DNA of 64,000 nucleotides from Catajapyx aquilonaris (taxonomy: Eukaryota): contig JYFJ02001488.1 of NCBI GenBank assembly GCA_000934665.2, forward strand, positions 1-64,000, in the 5' to 3' direction. Made by a program: the position numbers and the translations under genes. Below the pieces are notes generated by a model, which made no database searches, was not told the DNA's origin, and saw nothing but the letters and a program-made list of their open reading frames with translations. Positions 38,901 to 51,600 of the stretch are shown here, in pieces; the first letter of the stretch is position 1; every line of letters begins with the position of its first letter.

Positions 38901-41900
38901 ATATGTATGTGATAAACATATACGTATGTCGTACATGCCTGTGATAAACGTATACGTATGTCGTACATGCATGTGATAAACGTATACGTATACGTATGTC
39001 GTAAACGTAGACTTATATATGCAGTATATGTATGTGGTAAACGTATGTCGTATACGTATGTGGTATACGTATGTCGTAAACGTAGACTTATATATGCAGT
39101 ATATGTATGTGGTATACGTATGTCGTAAACGTAGACTTATATATGCTGTATATGTATGTGGTAAACGTAGACGTATGTCCTATACGTATGCGTATGTCGT
39201 ATAGACCAGAATAAACATGGGAAAAAGTGCTGAATTTTAAAATGTGGTATTTAGACTTTCGACTTCAGTGATATTAGCACTCTATATTTTGTCCCTGCTC
39301 TGGTTTAGATCGAACTTTACCTTTTGCATGCGACGCGCCGAGTGCCATAATCAGGTTAGAAGAGGTAGACAGCAGGAGCCGTAAAATATTGAGAACACTG
39401 CTCCTGGTCGTTGTAAGAACTGAAGTTGGAGTCGAATGATCCGCAGTCCAATGCGGCTTGACTGGAGAAAAAGGAGTGAGGCAGACGACATGAAGCCCTC
39501 CCCATTCTCCAGGACACCCCCTCTCTTTTTTTTCTCTCTCTCTCTCTCTCCACCAAACTCTATTCTCCACGTCGTCAGCTGCCTCGTAAATTTTTCCTAT
39601 AACTCCATCACCGGCTGGATGTACCGCTTGTTTCAAGACCAGGAAGCAGCCCTCCGACACCGTTAACCACCCGCAGTTAACCATTGTTTCTCCCACCCAT
39701 TCAATAAAAATGTGGCCTCAGCTCCTATCTCTAATGAAACTATTAATCTGTACTAGCGTCATAAAGTGCACTGGGCTCCAATCATCTCTACCCTATGGGA
39801 GGGCATGGCCAGGGTTAAGGATGGTTTTCTAGTGCTGGGCAGAAAGAGTCGGAGGTTTACTAAACAAACAAAGGGCCACTGCTGCCTACGTGCTGTAGGG
39901 AATTGGACTATTTGCCAATGAGATGGGCTGGAGCAGCTCGTTTGCCATGCTGACTTTTCCCCTTTTCGTGCTGCTGCCGCCTCAACGTGATATTTCACTG
40001 GCTAGTCTGCTGTTGCAGATGTATGCATGCATTGTACGTACTGTGCGAAGTTACTAATGACTAATAACTTTGGTTTGTACACATTGAAAGTGATGACCAC
40101 TGGTCCAAAACTATTCAGACAAATTCATTACAATCCCTACGCTTACAAAACTGTCAGGTGTTAACATATGCTAGCAAGTTTATATTTCGCAGACTATATT
40201 TTTTTACAGTATATTCTCTGGAGGCAAGAGATGACTTCAAATATGCAGGGCTCCGGTGGGGCTCTCATTTCGACGCCAGGCTTCTTGCTTCTTCCCGCTA
40301 AGGAACCAGACTTCGGCCCTAGAGAGGGTTGAAATATTCAGAAGCTCGGAATTTTGAGGAAAATGGGCAACGGAATTGATGCGGAATGAGCCTCGGATCC
40401 TTGATATCATTTTCCTTAAGCCTGCGGGCGCGGGAAAAAGACAGGTTTTTGGCTGACTTCACTGTGAATTTTTTTGTGTTAAAAAATTTGATTCAGCTAG
40501 GTATATCCACACTTGAAGGATTAATATTTTGGGATTGGTCCGATTTGTTGTGTGAGCTAATTAAAATAGGAGAAAATTCCGAGAAAAACTCGACTTTCAC
40601 GGAGAGAGAAGCTCCGGGATCGAAATCAGTGCTTTCACGTGAATAATCTGCAGATAGTGCCAAGGAGGCTGAGGTTAGTGAACAGCAGCTTTTGCGATTC
40701 ACTGGCCGACGCTCGTTGTGGGACCGCAAACACGCCCGCAAAGCTTTGTTCGAGCAAACTCGGAGGACCCATCGATAAGTTGATTTCACGCCATCCTGCG
40801 AGGCTTCCCAAGGAAGAGTGCCCAGGATTTTTTTCCGGCCACAGTTTCCTTTTTTCCTCTCCTTCAGAAATAACGTCTCTCCACTACCTTTGCGTGATCT
40901 TTTCAACTCATATTCGTATAGGTGGGGTGCTTTTCACCTCGATATACGGTGTGGGAAACGTGCTATCGACTGTCACGTCGTGTAATTAAATATTTATGCG
41001 GCTTAATGCGATTTCAATTTATTTATGGATTCAGCAGCAACATGGCCGCCAGAAAATAGTAGAAAGGAAAAAAAAGCCTGTCTTGACAGAACAAATTGAA
41101 CAGCACACATCTACCCGCCGGGGACATTCCTGGAATTGATCCTCCGGATTTCCAGAAGGAAATTTAAGACCCATTTTCTCTCTTAAACCCTACAACCTTC
41201 CGCAGTCCCTGCCCTCTTTTTCCTGCCCCAGATGCTTGTTTCTTGCAGAAAAAGTTTTTGACTCCAGCAGAGGATGTTCTGGCCAAATGTTTTATTTCAT
41301 GAACCGGTGGAGAGAGAAGGACGAATAGTTCGGGGTACACACACCAAAAAAAATGCAAAAATATACGCTGGTGGGACAAAAGGAGTGGTGGCCAAGCCGA
41401 GGTGGTTCTGGACTAACTTTCTCCTTGGGTCGTAGATCAACAAGACCCACTGGCCTGTGTCACAACATCGCCGCACACGGTGCTAGAGGAAAAGGTTAGT
41501 CTCCCCCACCCTTGATTTAAGACCCTGCACCCAAGGCAAACAGGAAAAATGGTGGACTATTTTAGATGAAATTAGAGTAAGCAAAATAATTTTTACATTA
41601 TTACATTTTAAAAATTGTAATAAGCCTAATGTGAATCTACGTAACGGCACACTCTTGCCCTGTTGTATTGATCCTAGTCTAGCCATCTTTTATTCCATTA
41701 CACGCTTCCTGTATGTAAGTGCAATTTCCATCCAAGGATAACACCAGTATAATGCTCATCTCCGTGCAGTAACAAAACATACGAGTGTGTACATTAATCC
41801 TGGCTGGTTCCAGGCTGGCATCAGGCAGACCGAGGCCTCTATTTTACAACATGTTGGAAAAGCCAAATCCATCCTCGTACCGAAAACAGCATTGGGGACT

Positions 41901-44900
41901 TGTGGTAGACAGCAAAATGTTACAGCATGTTGGGATCTGGTGGGCACCTGTAATGCACTGTATAGCACGAGGGGCAGTTGTTATCAACTTAGTGGACGCC
42001 GGAGCAAGGATTTCCTGCGGATTAATTCCACCTGTGTCAGCGCTGTGCTGTACGTGCCATTAAGAGTGAAAGATTAGACTCAGTCGTGTACCGCTACCTG
42101 TGTTATTACACATGACATGGGTTAATAAAGCCCTGATATGTTGCTTCTGTCAGGCGAGCAAATGAAGATGGTGTATTGGGAAGCTGGAGAAATTTGGCGT
42201 CAAATATTGTACAGAAACGAAGCATGATCCTGACAGGTAGATTGTAATGCATGGTTCCAATAAGATTGGCCTACCTGCAACCATTTGGCCAGATAATTAA
42301 TATTATTATCATTACTTTTCATAACAGCATACATTCAAGGAGAAAATCGTGCGCAGGTTCGATATAATTAATTGTACTGCATTTGAACAGTAATGGGACA
42401 TGCAACTCAGAACAATTCTACATTGTATAGGGTACGGGTACACTGCCATTCTTGGAAATTAGAGCACTGGGTACAGTAACAACGACAGCATGAATACTGC
42501 ATTCAAACCTAATTACACAGTAACTTCATTTGTCACGTGTTTTTTGGACGTTTAATTGTATCATGCTATATGCATACGTATTGATACTGCACTGTAACGT
42601 TGGAGGCAGTTATAGGTAAATAATCGTCTTTAAAAGCACTGTTAATTATCTGCCATAATAAGCTACAGGTACATATTATAATGCCTCCCTTGGAAAATAC
42701 GAGCACATGTACTATCGGACGCAAAAAGAATGTCCGGGGAGAGTCTTCGTTCAGCCTTGTGGAGGCAAACCATTGCACAGATGTGTACACACACACTTGT
42801 GTGTACGTCCGTGCTTATCTGCTGAGCTTTTTCCCTCCTCCCTTAGCTACCCAGGTGCAATGGTTTGCCTCCACCAGGCTGAACGAAGACTCTCCCCGGA
42901 CATTCTTTTTGCGTGCCTATGTACAGTAACAACGACACATGAATGCCGCATTCTAACCGTATAACTTCGTTTACCATGCATTTTTGCATGATTAATTGAA
43001 TTATACCATTTACATACAAATTTGACACTGAACAGCAACATTTCAGCCAGTTACGAGGACAATAATCTTGAAAACCGAAAGTCACATCCGCTTTCAAAAA
43101 AAAGGGGGGGCTACTACCGCAGTGCGCAAACCACATCAAAATTTCAGCACCACCACATCACAACATAACACTTATTATGATGCCGCATATAATCTGACAC
43201 TGATCACAAACATTCGTATCACGTACCAATTCTGATAGGTTCAATTAACTAACCTATTTTTTTGTGTGCGTTTGGAAACATTAATGACAGCGTTTTCTGT
43301 TGCGTAACAACATTTCCACCCCTAACGCTGAACAGGAAATGAGTGGTGTCAATCACGCAGTCAACGCTGCAGGCCCACCTTCTCTCTGTACGTATGTTGT
43401 GTTCACGTATTACGTACAGTGTGTCGTACCACCGGGTGCCCATGATATGCACCTGGATTGGCCCTCTGATGATATTTGTGCCAGTGCATGATGGGACACT
43501 TAATGCTGGGCCGTCCCGAAATTAATGCGTGGGACAGGACGTAGGCGTCAGATGACCTATTCCCTACTTGTTTATGCACTATATCATCCCTCATTGCTGG
43601 AGCGAAAAACGCGGCGGTGCTTTGCATTACTCATGGAGGGGGGGGGGGGGNGGACCTGGGATTTATATGTGCGGGAGTTATACGGGGCGGAAGCAGGCAA
43701 TGGTGGTTGCCATGTCACATTTTTTGGGGCCAATGTGTGAGGTGTGGATTTTTGCAGTGGGTCCTGTTTTTTAACTAAGCAAAGGCACTGAATGTATCGT
43801 ACATTATGATTCCCACTGTGAAATTGCATCTGATGAACAGAACACTGGATGGAACGAATTCTATAAAATGGGCACAAAATTGGTATTGAATGGGTGCCAT
43901 TTAATATCCTTGTTTCGGCAGTCTGTTGATCATAGCAAGAGGGCAACTTCTGGTTATTAATTTTTTTTGCAAAGTTTAGTCTCAGTTCAGTATCTCAAGG
44001 AAATCTCGCCCTCACGCTGGGCCACATCTGTCAGCCTTCACTTAACACGAGAGCTATGCTACCATCTTGTACAAACCTGGCAGGTTTTCCCTTACACAGC
44101 TACACACAACCTCAGCGATAACAAACTCCCGGCAATTATTTTTAGCCATCCTCCGACCCAGAATGAATAATCAAGCTTTGCAATCACGTCAGAAAATGCA
44201 ATGGCGTGCTTCCCTCCATCATCCAACCCTCAAAAACAGAGAATCTTCCTAAAACTGTAAGAGTACATACAGGGTTATCTAACATAATTATGTCCACAGA
44301 AATTGTGTTTAAATTTCAAAATGCTCACTTACGTCGAATTATATTCAGAAACTGTGATTTTTCTTACAAGAACCTGTAGAGAAATTAACTTCAGAATGTC
44401 AGAAGCACAGTATTTTCTTAGGAGTGAAATATTTTCCTCTTGCTGTAAAATTAAATTTTTTGTTTTTCTTACTCACTGTAACACCCTGTACAGTGTGGTC
44501 GACTGTAGCAACCGCAGAAGGCGAGATCCACCCCCCCNCCCTGGTAGGATTGCTGGCCTAGATACGCCCCTCGCAGCAACTCCAATTTCCACGCCATCAA
44601 TAAGTCACCTCCCGGCCTCATATTACATCCTGTCTGAAAATTGCTCTGGGAGTCTGCCCGTTTCATCTCGGTGAAACATCATGGCGCAGTAGCCTCGGAC
44701 ACAACTCTTACGTCACCGCCTCTCTCTGTCCTATTTACAGCACGCTTGCACTTACACATTGGCCCTTTTGCTAAATCATTATTCAAATGGATGGAGAGAA
44801 GCGGATATTCTGAGGGAAAACCGGATAGTTTCCACAGACACGTCTTTTTACTCAAGAAGCTGTTAAGAGGGGCCTGGTGTTAGGAATAGAATTGGATTGG

Positions 44901-46046
44901 GCTTGGGGAGTTTTGGTCGTGTTATGGGGGTGGTGGTAGAGGGTCGGATCATGCCTTCTCTTTTTTTTTACCAAAAAAACCTTCCCCTTCTCCTCCTCCT
45001 CTTTTCTCAACCAACCAGCACCTCCCACACCTCAATCTCACTCCACTCCATTACCCCATCGGGGTTCGTGCTGTTACTCCGCTCCTGTGAAATTCATGGG
45101 AACGCAACGACTCATGAAGTTCGCTGGATAAACTTTGTTTCAAGGCTTTTCGAAATGGGGGAGGTTGGTTTGGGGAGGGTTGCTGGCAAAAGGAGGAACA
45201 GAAGGAAGGGAAATGCAGGTTCTCTGTCGGCTGCCGTCATCGAATTTCAATTACACTTGGCTGCTGGAATTCTCGCGCCTTTTTGCTCCAATCGAGTTTT
45301 CCCGCCCCCGATTCGGACATGACAAATGGTTGCTGGAGTCAATCTGCAAGCGTCTGCAAGAAGCAAGTGCGCTAGTACAAGAACCTGAAGAGAGAGAGAA
45401 AAAAAACAAGGACCTGGAGACCCAGAGTTTTCCTGGAGAAAATGCAACGAGGCGGAGATGTTGAAAAGTATCGCTCTGATGGCTTTTCAAGGGTCCATAT
45501 AGGCCTACCTCTAACTGACGGAGGAACTGTTGGAATGTGCCTCGTAAAATGTCGCCAAGGGCCATTGGAAGGAAAGGTTTCAGCCAGACTCATCCAGGAA
45601 GAAGTGGGATATGCCGGGGGATAGAAAAAGATGAAGACCCGCCTCGAGGAAAATATATGGTTCTAAGGGATGGGGGGGAGAGCATCTAAAAATATATAGA
45701 GACTAACACTGGAGAAGCAGAGTTGTCCCCCCCAATTGCGGCGATTTGTTTGATTAATGTGGCATTTGCAGGGGCATTAGCATAAGCAGATGATCTCATA
45801 TTGTCCGGCAAACTCGGGGAGCGTTGCATTTTATTCTGATTTCGTTTGCGTGGTTTATTGATGCGAAGAGTGATTTAAGAGGGTAGGAGGTCTGCTGAGA
45901 GAAGAAATGTTTACGCCAGCAGTTGTGGACACTTTTTCACGTTTAGTGTCGGAGCGTATTGTACGTATGCTAAAAGTTTGGCGCTCTAGACTTTGTCCAA
46001 TCCAGATGGCTTATAAGTAGGCCAGTGATTTCGTCAAAAGCTCTGC

Positions 46047-46110
<64 letters not shown>

Positions 46111-48565
46111 TAGTAGTACTGTAGTAGCCTTTCTTGTTTATTCAAACACATTGTAGCCTATATCTAACATGACCTTTGTTGGTGGTAAGCTTATACACTG
46201 GCTGCTCTAGTACAGTAATTACACACTGCATCATGTTCTCTGTCAGCTTCGGTTGCTCATTAATGCGTACACCTACACCTACTGACCTACTTTTTCCCTC
46301 AAGACTTAATTTGAGTGCAACGGTGTAACCTTTTCACCTGTAATAAGGCGTATGCAAGGGAAAACAACGCGACGTTACAAAGCTCTTGTTGGTTTACATG
46401 GAAAATATTTACACTACCCATCATGTAAAACACCACTTTTTCTATACAGAGAAACGTCATTCTTGCCTAAGTAAAACCTGTTAATATTTTGCCAGCTTTA
46501 TAAAACACTTTGTGACCTCAGAGAATAGAGGAGTAAAATAAAATCAATATTAATATCTTGTGTTGCAAGACCGGTAATCGGCGAAACAAATCAACTCGTG
46601 CCTGTGGAAACGTGCCATTATATCCTTCAAAATCTTGCTATTAATCACACGAATGTGCGGCGGAGAAAAGACCAGTCACCACTCTGGTTCTTTATAAAAG
46701 AAACCGACAAAAGAAGAAAAAAAAGCCCTTGCCGACACTTCCGATATCGCTTTTTCTTTTCTCTAAATCAGAAGAAGGGGGGAGAAACTTAAGACAACGA
46801 TCATCTGGCTTACATATCCAATGAGCAGGATATTGATTTCCGGAAGCATCGCATGATAAAAAAAGAGAATATTCGTGTGCCCTTATTATTAAAATCAATC
46901 TATTTACATCTCCCTTCCACATTGAAGATACACAACAAGACATGCAATTTGAATACGAAATATTCAATCAGGTATAAGTATACGCCAGGTTGGAATATCG
47001 TCCTTTCCAAAAAAAATATTTTCTACGTGTCTCTACTGATATCTTCTGACAGGATTTGTTATCAGTACCTGCACCCATGCTCATTTCCACGAAAATGATG
47101 CGGGTGAGACCACTCTTTAAGACGTCACCCAAGGAAGCACTTTCCCTGAGATATGGCCACGCTTTAGACTCATCCATCACTGGTTGTTCTGTAGCGATTA
47201 ATTACTGCCACAAGCCTCGCACTTTGGGGGAAGGGAAGTAGCACCCTCAGTGAGACCTGTCACAAAGCTTCGGTTTGTTTTAGTCCTTCAAATCTCATCT
47301 GGTATTATATAAAGGGGGAGGGGGAGACTATATCTACTTGAGGCGAAAGGAGGTGGGGGCGCTAAGCAGCCTCTCATTTGCCACGACATGTTGGGTGGGT
47401 CATCACGCCATTTCCTGAGCTTAAATTATGTGTGCGTTAAGGAGAGGTTGCATTAGCACGCACTCTTCTTTGGTCTGTCTGGCACGTGTGCGAAGTCCAG
47501 ATTTCAACATCGGAAAAATCAATGTTGAACCAACAATTCGATAATATTGGTTTGCTGAGTATTTTTTTGTCGTTCAATGTAAAAGGTACTCACTTGACAC
47601 TCGTAGGTTCCGTTGTCTCGCTTCTGGACGTACTTGATCTGCAGCGTCCACTCTTCCGTGCTTTCCGAGTGAAGCACTTGAAAGCGCTCGTCATTGGTGT
47701 ATGTGAACTTGCCAGACGTAAGGATGTGCCAGTCTCGTCGTCTGATCCATGATATCTGGAACATACATGAAAACAACATTCGCTTTAAATAAAATTTAAA
47801 TGTCAATTCCATAGCTACAGTGCAATTGGTCATTTTTGCGTAATGTAAAATAAATATTTGTAGAGTAGCTGTGGGTTGTTATTCAGTTAATATTTTTCCA
47901 GGCGAACCGATGTGAACCTGGACACGAGGAGTGCGAGGTTCCAAGTTAATAAAATAAACCTTTAAATGGAAACTCTGCATGTCAGGTGGAATCATATCAA
48001 GTCCAGTGGAACATAATTTTGCTTTGTACCTGCTTTATTGTTGATGTAGCGTGCCAAAAAACAACGCCCACACTCACAACTTGTGCTGACAACAAGGGAT
48101 CTAAAAACTCAATGTGTCAGGAAGGATGACAGAATTATCTTTAAATCTCACGACTCATTTTAATGCAAAAGTAATCTCCGACTAGACGGGAGGAAATTTG
48201 TACAGCATACAGTGAAGTCCGCGGTTGTTAATAAGCACACCCGTTTGTAACGCCATATAATTAGGTGGCACTAAAAGGTAACATAATTACTGAAATGGTG
48301 TTTCGGACCCACCTTCAATCCAATTACAAAATCACTGGACGCGATCTTGAAAAAAAATCCTACCTGCTAATAATAACCTAGTAACAGCCGAACTACCTCC
48401 ATCTATCGAGGTCGTAAATGTGATTTACATGCCTATGCGCAGAAACTGCTACATAAAGGTACAATCAACTCATTACATTCTGCATCCCGTAATAGGCCTA
48501 ATACACTAAACATGTTCAACCCATTAACGCAACATGTGATCAAAACACATAGTTTGTCCCCAACA

Positions 48566-48623
<58 letters not shown>

Positions 48624-51600
48624 GGTTGCTATCATTATTGCAATTAATGTTTTATTTAAGTGATCCTTTCATCACCATTGAAAATGTTCATATTGTAATG
48701 AAATGGATGTTGCATCAGTCAACCTATAAAGATCCTGGAAGACTGCGCCGATTCGTATAGGGAAAGTTCGGAAGAAGAAGAAGAGAGAGAAAAAAAAGGA
48801 GATTCAGGAGTCAGCACTCCTTGACAGCGCATTCGTGCGGCGTAGATTTGGCTCCCAACCATGCCAGCAATCCATGGTCCAGCCAGTCACGTTCCACTTC
48901 CTTCCTGTTTGAGTCATATCGCCCTTTTTTCCATCCCAAGGTATGATTTCATTCCCTGGCTCTCTTTGTAGTTGTGGTCCGGAGGATTCATGCATCACTT
49001 TGACTCTAGGCAGCAACCCGATCACGGTCCATTTCCCCCCACCTCCCTACAGTCTCCCCACATCTGCCCTTTTGAACTTCCACGAAACTGACGCGAGCCT
49101 CACGTACTGTGGAATTTTCTTGCGTGGAAATCACCCGCCTGTGTTGGACCCACCACTCGCAGCCAGTGCAGATGTCGGCTCCAAAATGCCAGCTCACCGA
49201 TATTAATGCATGCCTTTCGATTCAAACCCGTGGTTCTAATCTTCAGTTTGTCGCATCAGGATGGCATTTTTTTGAAGGTTTGGCCAGTTTGAAAAATTTC
49301 GCACCCCCCCCCCCTCCCCCAACCAGCACATTGACAGGCGACTTTTTTTGGGGTTATTCCCCTCCTGGCACCACCAACTGATCTTCCTTCTCCCACGGTG
49401 TGCGCAGGTGGAATTCATAATTGCACGTCTTTCTTCCCCCACTGGCTTCCCCAGGCTTCTTCAAGGGGGGGCTCTTCCTTCCGCCTGACCGGAGTCGTAA
49501 ATCCCTTCTGCTGACGTGTGGGGCTCTTCTCCCAGCCGCAATAAAGGATAATCTCAGAGAGCGGGGTTGCCACAAATCTGTGCCTTCTCCTAGGCCTGAA
49601 AGTGGCGTGGCCTGGCGTCGGCCGCCATGACAGTACGCTTTAACAGCCACCCGAACGCACCGCCACCCAAACATACTAAAACGCCAAAAACCTCGGTATT
49701 TCCCTTTCCGACTAAAGAGAGGCGTAAATGACTTCCACTATTGCTTGTTACGGTGTCCGCTAACGTTTTTGTAGGGTTCCAGAGTTAGATGAGGCGGATG
49801 ACAGATTCGTCCGGCAGAAATTTGCACACTCGCTTGGAGCCCAAGTGTACTACATTTCATTCCGGAAATTGTTACGGGTTCCTCGTGAAAATTAGCAGAG
49901 TGGGAGGGTAGGGATGGTCGAAATGTCAGTTTGCAGAATGCCGGAAATTGCCGCCGGGGAGGGGTAAATCAATTAGCACTGGTCGATTTAATCGCCATCC
50001 TGGCTGCACTTTTTCTCCGCAAGCATCCGCAAATGATTAAATTAAGCGATCGATGCGTATTATTTTCGCAATAGGGGTGTGTTGCGAAAAAGGTGGCCAT
50101 TTTTTGCACAAAATAAAGTCTTACATTTCAGTTAAAACAGGAGTTAAATTAAACCGAAGCACACATATTGCTGCAGGACATTTTAACAGGTGTATTTAAA
50201 TTGCAACTTGACGTGGTTGAGCGAGTGTGCACACTAAAAACCTCTGGCATGTTAATGCCGGTACAACCTGCCCACTATATTTAGAACCTTTCACACAGAG
50301 AGAGTTGCATGTTTATATTGCAATCAAGTGCCCGCGGAGTAGAACATGTCAAAAAATTGTGCAAATACGGCGCAATTACAGCACAACCTTTTTTTTCTGT
50401 ACGTTACTGAAAAAAATGCAGGGCTCGTTGGAGGCTTTTCAACTATGGCATCTGCTGGCTATCGATTGACTATAGGAGGGTAAAAAAAACAGGAGTAATT
50501 GGCACACATTTCCCACCTTTGCTAAGAGGGCACTTGTTCATGCTCAGAAGAGGGTTTTCGGCAGGGTCCAAACTGATCAGGGGTTGACAGCAGACACTTG
50601 AAGACAAAACAGCTCTGCGATTTCAATCTGTGACTCTCTATACCCAGCAGGAAAGGAGGGGTGTACACGGGCCTTGTTAATAACAACCCCCACAATTTGC
50701 ACTCAACAAAAGACTTCCATAATGAGTTCAAGTATTCCCAGCCGCAATCATTACCAATCCCCAGCTTATAGGGGAGGATATATTAGTTCCGATAATGGCC
50801 TGGCTCTAGGGAGCAGGGTAAAGATTCAGCTCAGATCACAACCGTTTGAATGACTAGTTGATTTAAAAGAAAATGGATTCCATTTTTGATGCAAATGATA
50901 ATATCGTCCCCCCTCTACGTACTCTCTCTAACAACGCCTCTCACTTTGCATAATCTAGAGGGGAGACTAGGGAGAAGGGGGGGTCGAACAAAAAAGCCGA
51001 TTGATTTGGGGAGATGCGGTGGGAAATGCTGGAAGTAGTTTTCTGCTGGATGAGTGGGGAGAAAATCTCATTTCTTTGGCTTCCACTCTTGAGTACACTA
51101 TTATATAGTTAGGGTCGAATATTTTTTTTTATCAATTTTTCATTATGAAATTCTTGAAGGTAGAATCCAAAGACTACTGATGTATCGACAACATGGTTTA
51201 TTGCACTTCTCCTAGAAACGCAGTGTGGGAAACTAAGTAAGACTTGAATTTCCCCAAAAGTTAGTTTTTTTCCAGTCGAAATTAGTTTATGACTCCTCAA
51301 AGGGTTGCTATCGGAAAACCGCTACTCGTTCAGCCGTTTACACGTTCCAGTCGACAGTCACAGCTTCCCAAATCAAGGATGGGGGTTTTGCAGATGGCCG
51401 ACGAAAGCTGCAGCCTCTCCCAAAATGGCCAAACTTGAAGTCCAGTTGGTCGGAATAGCAGGGACTTCCCTCATTAGCGAGCTGCAACGCACGGACACGT
51501 TATTCAGGGCAATAGCCCAGCGACAACCCTTTTTCTTCAGCAGGTTCCGCCTATGGTAATTAGTCCTTTTCCCTCAGAAAAAAAAGCGAGAACCTCCCAT

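Noticed and set aside
38718..39202. CRISPR-like array
   Set aside because: No unique spacers between repeats, no cas genes, and the context is eukaryotic.
38571..39204. ORFs encoding YVYV / DIRIRL repeats
   Set aside because: They are translations of the TACGTA satellite, with no splice or domain support.
17100..44540. Poly-G/C runs containing single N bases (17110, 21578, 43651, 44538) as possible G-quadruplex signals
   Set aside because: Homopolymer lengths are unreliable here; the Ns point to base-calling or assembly uncertainty.
48512..48760. Poly-tyrosine ORF
   Set aside because: It is the (ATT)n microsatellite read in frame.
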